NCBI GenBank assembly: GCA_031414095.1
Contig: JANNUW010000024.1
Location: 1 to 51,903 of the forward strand
Direction: 5' to 3'
Length of the DNA stretch: 51,903 nucleotides
Source of the DNA: Hyphomicrobium sp.
GTDB lineage: Bacteria; Pseudomonadota; Alphaproteobacteria; Rhizobiales; Hyphomicrobiaceae
Positions 46,081 to 51,903 of the stretch are shown here, in pieces. The stretch's first letter is position 1. Every line of letters starts with the position of its first letter. Both the position numbers and the translations under genes were made by a program. The notes under the pieces are model-generated. The model was not told where the DNA came from. It saw only the letters and a list, made by a program, of their open reading frames with translations, and searched no databases.

Positions 46081-48722
46081 GTGGAGCGGTTGGCGTGATG
46101 AATACAGTTGAGTCCAGGCTGCAGTTTGCTTGCAAGCAGGTGAGCGGTGCTGCCAGCGAGATGCTGGATTGGATCGACGACAATCCCAGTATCGTCGCGA
46201 CCGAGCGGCTGTCGATGCTGCACGAATTCTATGGCATCGACGTACGCGCGGCTGGCCTCGGGGCTGCCGTCAATCAACCGCCCTGCGTTGCCTTCGTGGG
46301 TCCGAGCCGGTCGGGCAAGACGCAAGTCTTCACATCGCTGATCGAGCGCGGCCGCGGCCCGCTCAATATGCGTTTTGACGGAATTCGCGAGCAGGTCGAT
46401 TATCAGCGGCTGATCGTGCCGGACGGTTCCAAGCAGGGTGCCTCGATGGTCATCCGGCTTTCGGAGCAGAAAAAAACACCGCCGCAGAATTTCCCCATCC
46501 GGGTGCGGCTGCTGTCGCTCGCCGACGTCATCAAGGTTCTTGGCAATGCGTTCTTTACCGCGTGCAAGGACCGGCAGCCGGCGCCGAGTTTGGCCGACGT
46601 TCGCAGCATGCACGCGCGCGTTACGGCCAAGACGGCGGACAGTCCCGTCGCCGGTTTGACTGAGGGCGATATCTGGGAGGTGCGCTCGTACTTCGCCAAG
46701 CGCTTCGGCGACGAGCCGATTTTCCGTGCGTTGTCGGCGGCCGGATTCTGGCAATCGCTGGCGACGCTGGCGCCGTATCTCTCGAACGCGGCGCGCGGCG
46801 AGTTGCTGGGTCTCATGTGGGGCGGCCTGGAGCCGTTCCGGCTGGCGTTCACATCGCTTGCTGAAATTCTGGCGAGCCTGGGCGGTAGCCTCGAGGCCAA
46901 CTGCGCGCTCGATTCTATTCTCAGTCTCGATCCCCGCACCGGCAAACTGCTGCGCCGCGAAGACAGCATCATCAACGCGCAAACCATCGACGGCTTTGTC
47001 GGCTCCGACGATCAGTCGGTGCTGGTGTGCGGAGAGTTCGGCAATTGGGTTTCGATCAGCCGCTCTGGTTTGGCGGCTCTCGCCGCCGAAGTGCGGCTAC
47101 CGGTTCCGGGCTGGTCGAGCGAGGTTTTGGAAAAAGCGGACCTGCTCGAATTCCCCGGCATCGATCCGCGCGAAAGCATCCCCAATCTCGACCGCACGCT
47201 GAATCGCAAGCCAGCGCTTTTGGCGCAACTTTATGCGCGCGCCAAGTCTGTCTACCTGCTCGATCGCTACACCGAGGAACTCGCCATTACCTGCATGGTG
47301 GTATGCATCGATCCAGCGAGCGTCCAGGTCGGCGAGTTGGCGGGCCTCGTGTCGGAATGGATTGAACGCTCGCATGGCCCTGACGCCATCGCCCGCGAGC
47401 AGCAGGATACCGGGTTGTTCCTGGCGTTCACGAAACTCGACAAGGATTTCGCCGACGTGTCGCGCGGCGTCAAGGAACGCAAGATCGATTGGGACCGCCG
47501 CATCGGCGACATTCTCATCGAAGGCTTCGGGCGCGGTCACAGTTGGCCGCTCGAGTGGACGCCTTCGCGGTCGTTCGACAGTATTCATCTTCTGCGCAAT
47601 CCCGGCTTCAAAGCCAAGCAGGTCTGCGATTACTCGCGCGAAGGACGCGAGATCGGCTTCAAGCCCGGCCAGCCGGAACGCATCGCGCGCGCAAATAGAG
47701 AGTTTTTGAAGAGCGAGATCGTACGCCGTCACGTTTCGGACCCGATGAACATCTGGAACGAAGCCCTGGCGTTGAACGACGGCGGCATCACCTATCTCGG
47801 CCAATCGATCGCTGGCGTCTGCGATAAGCGCGTTAAGGTCCGCCAGATCGTGACGGCGCTGAACTCGCTGCGCCAACTGATGAAGGACCGGTTGCAGCGT
47901 TATTACCTCGCCGATAATTTCGAACTGCAGCGCGACAAGCGTCATACCTCGGGGTTGCTCGTCGTACGGCGGCTGAAGTTTTGCGCCGAGCGCCGCCGTC
48001 TCGGGCACCTGATACGGGCTTTCCAACTATCGGAAGCGGAGTTCGCCGACGTTCTGCAGAACATCGAAGTTCGCAGCCATCTGCCCACCGCATCGGAGAA
48101 GGCCTCTGCACAGGCGGCGGGCATGAACGGAGCAGGCGCCAACGGCAGCGTGACCGAGCTCCGCAAATCCGATACCGCCGCCGAGGCATTGTTGTTTGCC
48201 CGCACGTCGATCGACCATTGGATCGATGCCGTCCGGTCGACTGCGCAGGCGGCGGGCGCGTGCCAGCGCTTCGAGATGCCGCGTCAGGCACTGCTATCTC
48301 TCGTCGACGAGCTGATCGTGGGGGCGACGCGCATGGAGTTCGAGCACCGCGTTGCCGCGCACATCGAGTCTGCCATCCTCAACGAGGCCGACAAAGACGC
48401 GCGGCTCGCCAAGGCCGCGATCTGCGTCGCCGAGGCAGTCGGGGGCTACGTCATGCGGCTTGGATTCGATGATATCTTCTCCAACAGCCATCCGCGCCGC
48501 AAGGGACATGCGCAAAAGCCGATCTTTCCGCCGCGCAATGCAATCTCGCTCGCCGACCTCGATGATCAACCGAGCCCGGAGACAGAATTTTATTCCGACT
48601 GGTCGCAGGCCTTCATTACCATGGTCGACGATAACGCCGCCGGTTTGCGCGAGCGTGATATTGAAGACGAACAGAACCAGAGGCTCGGCCAACTGCTGAG
48701 ACTTCTGGAAACACCCATCTAA
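46077..48722 (+). CDS. srfC: SrfC-like P-loop protein with dynamin-type GTPase motifs
   Basis: The ATG overlaps the upstream stop (ATGA). G1/Walker A is GPSRSGKT (aa 75-82), G3-like is DLLEFPG (aa 355-361) and dynamin-type G4 is TKLD (aa 452-455). It is 881 aa and cytoplasmic. Its position after a SrfB-like gene matches the srfB-srfC arrangement. The family call is from memory. Confidence 0.6.
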   Translation: MSGAVGVMNTVESRLQFACKQVSGAASEMLDWIDDNPSIVATERLSMLHEFYGIDVRAAGLGAAVNQPPCVAFVGPSRSGKTQVFTSLIERGRGPLNMRFDGIREQVDYQRLIVPDGSKQGASMVIRLSEQKKTPPQNFPIRVRLLSLADVIKVLGNAFFTACKDRQPAPSLADVRSMHARVTAKTADSPVAGLTEGDIWEVRSYFAKRFGDEPIFRALSAAGFWQSLATLAPYLSNAARGELLGLMWGGLEPFRLAFTSLAEILASLGGSLEANCALDSILSLDPRTGKLLRREDSIINAQTIDGFVGSDDQSVLVCGEFGNWVSISRSGLAALAAEVRLPVPGWSSEVLEKADLLEFPGIDPRESIPNLDRTLNRKPALLAQLYARAKSVYLLDRYTEELAITCMVVCIDPASVQVGELAGLVSEWIERSHGPDAIAREQQDTGLFLAFTKLDKDFADVSRGVKERKIDWDRRIGDILIEGFGRGHSWPLEWTPSRSFDSIHLLRNPGFKAKQVCDYSREGREIGFKPGQPERIARANREFLKSEIVRRHVSDPMNIWNEALALNDGGITYLGQSIAGVCDKRVKVRQIVTALNSLRQLMKDRLQRYYLADNFELQRDKRHTSGLLVVRRLKFCAERRRLGHLIRAFQLSEAEFADVLQNIEVRSHLPTASEKASAQAAGMNGAGANGSVTELRKSDTAAEALLFARTSIDHWIDAVRSTAQAAGACQRFEMPRQALLSLVDELIVGATRMEFEHRVAAHIESAILNEADKDARLAKAAICVAEAVGGYVMRLGFDDIFSNSHPRRKGHAQKPIFPPRNAISLADLDDQPSPETEFYSDWSQAFITMVDDNAAGLRERDIEDEQNQRLGQLLRLLETPI

Positions 48723-48742
48723 GCGACTAGGACCGCCGTCCC

Positions 48743-50308
48743 GTGAAAAAAGTCACTGCAGAGGCTTTCGAAGATACGAGCCGCCCGGAGGGTGGGCATG
48801 CCGTGATCCTGATCGTGGGATTGGGCGGCGTGTCCGACCACCCGACGTTTCGCTTGAGGCCTGTCGATTCCGGCCTTGCCGCCGATCATCGCGGCCTATG
48901 GGCTGGCCGGCCCGTTTCGCCATTGGCAACCCGTCAGACAGAACGGGGAACCGAGTTTGTCGTCGGGCCCGATATCGTCGACAATCCGTTGCTGCTGGCC
49001 GGAACTGCGGTTTCGATCGAAATTCCCGAAGCCATGGTGCGCGGCGAATTCCTGTGGCCCAACGTAACGTCGCTGGCCCAGCCCAAGCGCCGCCATGTCG
49101 TGTCGTCGCGCCGGTCGCGCACGCCGGAGCCGGCGGAACAGCCCGGCCTCGACGTAAGTATGGCCGCACCAATTGGCGTTGACGACGGGCTGGCAACCGA
49201 GCAACTTCCGGGCGTCTCAATGCAGCTGCCCGCTGTTGTCGTGCCCGGCCATGAACTCATTGCGTCCGGCGAGCAAGAGCAGCCGAATGCCGACGCGGTG
49301 CTGTTGCGGTCTGCGCACCGCTCTGGTGGGTGGGCGGCCGAGCAGAGCCACCGAAGCGGCAAGCGCTGGTTCGCCTCGGTCGCGACGGCCTGCGCAGTTG
49401 TGATCGGATTTACTCTGCTGGTGCAGTCTGTGCGCGAGAAAGCGGCGCGGGAAGCCGATGAACTGGACGTTGCCAGCGTCAGCCAAACCGTGCGCCAAGA
49501 CGCCGTGGCGGCCGCAGTCGGCGCCGTGATGAAACCGTCGCAAGCCACAGCCGTTCAACTGCCGCCGTTGCCGGTCAGTTGCGAACTGCCGTCAATTTCG
49601 AGCGATCCGCTCGACGGCGGCCGCATGCGGCTGCGCTTCGCATCGGCCTGTCATGCCGGACAGAAGGTCAAGCTCAGCTACGGCGGCGCAGATTTTGTCC
49701 GCGACGTCGACAGCGCCGGAGCTTTCGATGATGTCGTCGACGGTTTCGCGGGCCCGGCAAGCAGCGTCGACATCGTCTTTCAAGACGGTAAAACACAGAC
49801 CGTGAAGATGGCCGCCAACGACTTCAATCGCATCACCAAAATTGCGGTGTTCTGGCAGGCGCCCGTCAATCTCGACCTGCACGTGTTCGAATATGCCGCT
49901 AAGCCCCAACAGAAGGGGCACATATTTGCCAAGGCACCATCGGACGCGACGGCGGCTCAAGACGCGGTCTCGGCCGATCACCGCGGCCATGGTTTCATGA
50001 GCACACTTGGCGACGGCACGAGCGACCATCGCATGGTCGAAGTCTACACCTTGCTGCACCACGGGGAGCAGGTCTCGGGTCTCATCACCATGGCGGTCGA
50101 CTATGAAACCCGCGGTGACACGCCGAGTGCTAGCACCTGCCGGGGCGGCGCACTCGCAGAGATGCCGTTTCAGATCAGCGTGCTCGACCGGCGCGGCCAG
50201 ATTTCCACTCAGGCCGGTATTCTCGCGGCCGCCGAGTGCGGCAAGGCGCTCGACTCCAAGACGCGTTTTGACGACAGCGTTTTAACTCCGATCAAGATTG
50301 GCAAATGA
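48743..50308 (+). CDS. single-pass membrane protein fusing the N-domain (as in 37678 gene) to the Cys-containing C-domain (as in 39553 gene)
   Basis: GTG start lies 20 nt after the srfC-like stop. The N-domain is MKKVTAEAFEDTSRPEGGHAVILI...LLAGTAVSIEIPEAMVRGEFLWP. The TM segment is WFASVATACAVVIGFTLLVQSV, preceded by RSGKR. The C-domain is LDGGRMRLRFASACHAG...NLDLHVFEY...VEVYTLL...AVDYETRG. Confidence 0.75.
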   Translation: MKKVTAEAFEDTSRPEGGHAVILIVGLGGVSDHPTFRLRPVDSGLAADHRGLWAGRPVSPLATRQTERGTEFVVGPDIVDNPLLLAGTAVSIEIPEAMVRGEFLWPNVTSLAQPKRRHVVSSRRSRTPEPAEQPGLDVSMAAPIGVDDGLATEQLPGVSMQLPAVVVPGHELIASGEQEQPNADAVLLRSAHRSGGWAAEQSHRSGKRWFASVATACAVVIGFTLLVQSVREKAAREADELDVASVSQTVRQDAVAAAVGAVMKPSQATAVQLPPLPVSCELPSISSDPLDGGRMRLRFASACHAGQKVKLSYGGADFVRDVDSAGAFDDVVDGFAGPASSVDIVFQDGKTQTVKMAANDFNRITKIAVFWQAPVNLDLHVFEYAAKPQQKGHIFAKAPSDATAAQDAVSADHRGHGFMSTLGDGTSDHRMVEVYTLLHHGEQVSGLITMAVDYETRGDTPSASTCRGGALAEMPFQISVLDRRGQISTQAGILAAAECGKALDSKTRFDDSVLTPIKIGK

Positions 50309-51903
50309 TGTTTGGGCGACGCGATATACGGGGAGAACCTATTCCAGGCAAGCATCGCAGCCGGCCGGCAGTGCGCGCAGCAGCCGCCGTTTGCGCTCTC
50401 GTGCCGCTGCTGGCCTCGCAGACGCTCGCCGGCGAAGTCACGCTCAAGATGAAAGGCGGCGATCTGGAAGTTGCAGGCGAACTCGTGGCCTTCAACGGCC
50501 TCAAGTATACCATCACCGCTCCCGCGTTCGGCACCATGACACTCGAAGCGGCGCGCTTTGAATGCATCGGAGCCGATTGCACCCGGCTCAGTGTGGCTCC
50601 CGCGCTGGCGCCCGAACGCCTCGATCCTTCAGCACCGGGCGCCTTCACGGTGCGTGGTTCCGCTTCGATCGGCTCGGGATTGATGCCAGCGCTCATTCGC
50701 GGCTACGCCAACTCGCTCGGCGCGTCGATGACACAGATCGTCGGCACGTCGCCGGGCGAATCGAAGTTCAAGCTCGGCGATGCCGCCGGCGCTGAACTGG
50801 CAACCATCGTCGTGCAAAAAGAAGGGTCTGCGGCAGCCTTCGCCGCGCTCGCCCAGCCCGATACGATCGCCATATCTGATCGCGTTATCGCCGAACAAGA
50901 GGTGGCAGGCTTGGGTGCCTCGGGCGGCCGCATCCGCACACCCGAAAACGAGCACGTGCTCGCCGACGACGCGCTCGCGGTCATCGTATCGCCCGACAAC
51001 GCAGCCGTCTCCATGCGCGAGGATACGATCGCCAAAGTTTTTGCAGGTCAGTTGACCGACTGGTTCGATCTGGGGGTCTCGGGCGGAAAAATCACGCTCT
51101 ACACGATGGCGCCTGTGAGCGAAGTACAAAACGTCTTTGCGAATTTGGTACTGAAGCCGCGCGCGCTGACGCTGTCGGATCAGGTCCGTGTCGTCGAGAC
51201 CGAAGGCGATGTCGCCGATGCCGTGGCGCGCGATCCCAACGGCATCGGCATTACGTCGCTGGCTTTTCTGCGCAACGCCAAGCCGCTGAACATCGAAGGC
51301 AGTTGCGGGCTCATCACCAGGCCGTCGCCGTTCTCGGTCAAGTCAGGCGAGTATCCGCTGCGCCGGCGGCTGTATCTCTACAACGCCAAAACGCTTGATC
51401 AGCCGGCCGCGCGCGGGCTTTTGCGCTATGCGCTCTCGAATGAATCGCAGGCTGAAATTGCCGCCAACCAGTTCGTCGACCGGTCCATCGAAACGCTCAG
51501 CCTCGATGATCAGAAATGGCGGATGGCGCATGCCGCCAATGCGCCCGCACCCGTGTTTGACGCCGAACAGATGCGCGCTCTGCTCGCCGACGTGAAGGGC
51601 GCGCGGCGGCTGTCATTGACTTTCCGTTACGTCACCGGCACGACCGATCTCGACGCGGGCTCGCGCGAAAACGTGGCGAGGCTTGCGACGCTGCTGCAAG
51701 GACCGCAGTACGCCGGCAAAAAGGTCTTGCTGATCGGCTTTACCGACGGCGCTGGTCGGTTGCAGGCGAATATGAGCACGGCCAACAAGCGCGCTCAGCA
51801 AATTCGCACCGCGGTGTTGGCCGGAAGCGGCGGTCACGTCAACGTCGCCGGGATCGATGTGCGCGGGTACGGCCCCCTAGCGCCCGTTGCGTGTTCCGAC
51901 ACC
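50305..51903 (+). CDS. second PstS-like substrate-binding / OmpA-like fusion protein, 3'-partial
   Basis: This ORF is not in the track because it runs off the window. I translated it by hand and found no stop from 50305 to 51903. The ATG overlaps the upstream stop (ATGA). Signal peptide is AVCALVPLLASQTLAGE. PBP motifs are VRGSASIG, ALAVIVSPDN, AGQLTDWFDLG, GIGITSLAF and EYPLRRRLYLY. The OmpA-like start is LIGFTDGAGRLQANMSTANKRA. It is a paralogue of 41190-42821. Confidence 0.8.
   Translation, partial: MMFGRRDIRGEPIPGKHRSRPAVRAAAAVCALVPLLASQTLAGEVTLKMKGGDLEVAGELVAFNGLKYTITAPAFGTMTLEAARFECIGADCTRLSVAPALAPERLDPSAPGAFTVRGSASIGSGLMPALIRGYANSLGASMTQIVGTSPGESKFKLGDAAGAELATIVVQKEGSAAAFAALAQPDTIAISDRVIAEQEVAGLGASGGRIRTPENEHVLADDALAVIVSPDNAAVSMREDTIAKVFAGQLTDWFDLGVSGGKITLYTMAPVSEVQNVFANLVLKPRALTLSDQVRVVETEGDVADAVARDPNGIGITSLAFLRNAKPLNIEGSCGLITRPSPFSVKSGEYPLRRRLYLYNAKTLDQPAARGLLRYALSNESQAEIAANQFVDRSIETLSLDDQKWRMAHAANAPAPVFDAEQMRALLADVKGARRLSLTFRYVTGTTDLDAGSRENVARLATLLQGPQYAGKKVLLIGFTDGAGRLQANMSTANKRAQQIRTAVLAGSGGHVNVAGIDVRGYGPLAPVACSDT

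Noticed and set aside
43111-48026. Series of 250-330-aa minus-strand ORFs (43111-43869, 43951-44790, 44706-45557, 45978-46982, 47097-48026) opposite the SrfB-like and SrfC-like genes.
   Set aside because: They are mutually overlapping, Arg-rich and have no ribosome-binding sites that I could see. They lie opposite long plus-strand ORFs with ordered NTPase motifs and coupled start/stop codons.
43060-48722. Interpretation of the ASKHA/dynamin-like pair as an anti-phage defence system (dynamin-type defence modules exist).
   Set aside because: There is no nuclease, abortive-infection effector, mobile-element or defence-island context in the window. The neighbours are envelope proteins instead. 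This cannot be excluded experimentally, but the sequence does not support it.

Overview
High-GC, gene-dense chromosomal segment that looks alphaproteobacterial (Hyphomicrobiales-like). I saw no rRNA, tRNA, CRISPR array, transposase or integrase. Most of the window is recognisable housekeeping or accessory metabolism. In order: a 5'-partial cyclic beta-1,2-glucan synthase (1-8244); small secreted or stress proteins and a Pro/Ala/Lys-rich OmpA-family protein (8.3-12.1 kb); the complete four-gene ligase-associated DNA-damage-response operon (exonuclease, ATP-dependent ligase, Lhr-type DExH helicase, PdeM; 12.4-18.4 kb); an AT-richer patch with tiny coupled genes, a 40-aa lipoprotein missing from the ORF track, a lone receiver protein and a Crp/Fnr regulator (18.4-21.2 kb); a choline to glycine-betaine module (proVWX-type ABC importer, GbdR-like AraC/GATase1 regulator, betB, betA; 21.2-29.2 kb); an AceE-type pyruvate dehydrogenase operon (aceE-aceF-lpd; 29.5-35.0 kb); and a truncated MCP-like HAMP protein. 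The unusual part is 36.5 kb to the window end. It is an all-plus-strand, tightly packed locus. Its core is a SrfB-like protein with actin/HSP70-type ATPase motifs, translationally coupled to a SrfC-like protein with dynamin-type GTPase motifs. Two paralogous envelope modules bracket this core. Each module has single-pass membrane proteins carrying a shared ~110-aa cytoplasmic N-domain, a shared Cys-containing periplasmic C-domain or Sel1 repeats, plus a PstS-like binding domain fused to an OmpA peptidoglycan-binding domain. One module encodes the N- and C-domains in two genes and the other fuses them in one gene. I know of no described function for this gene set, and it is the best candidate for an uncharacterised trans-envelope system. 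Family assignments come from motif recognition by eye, not from database searches.
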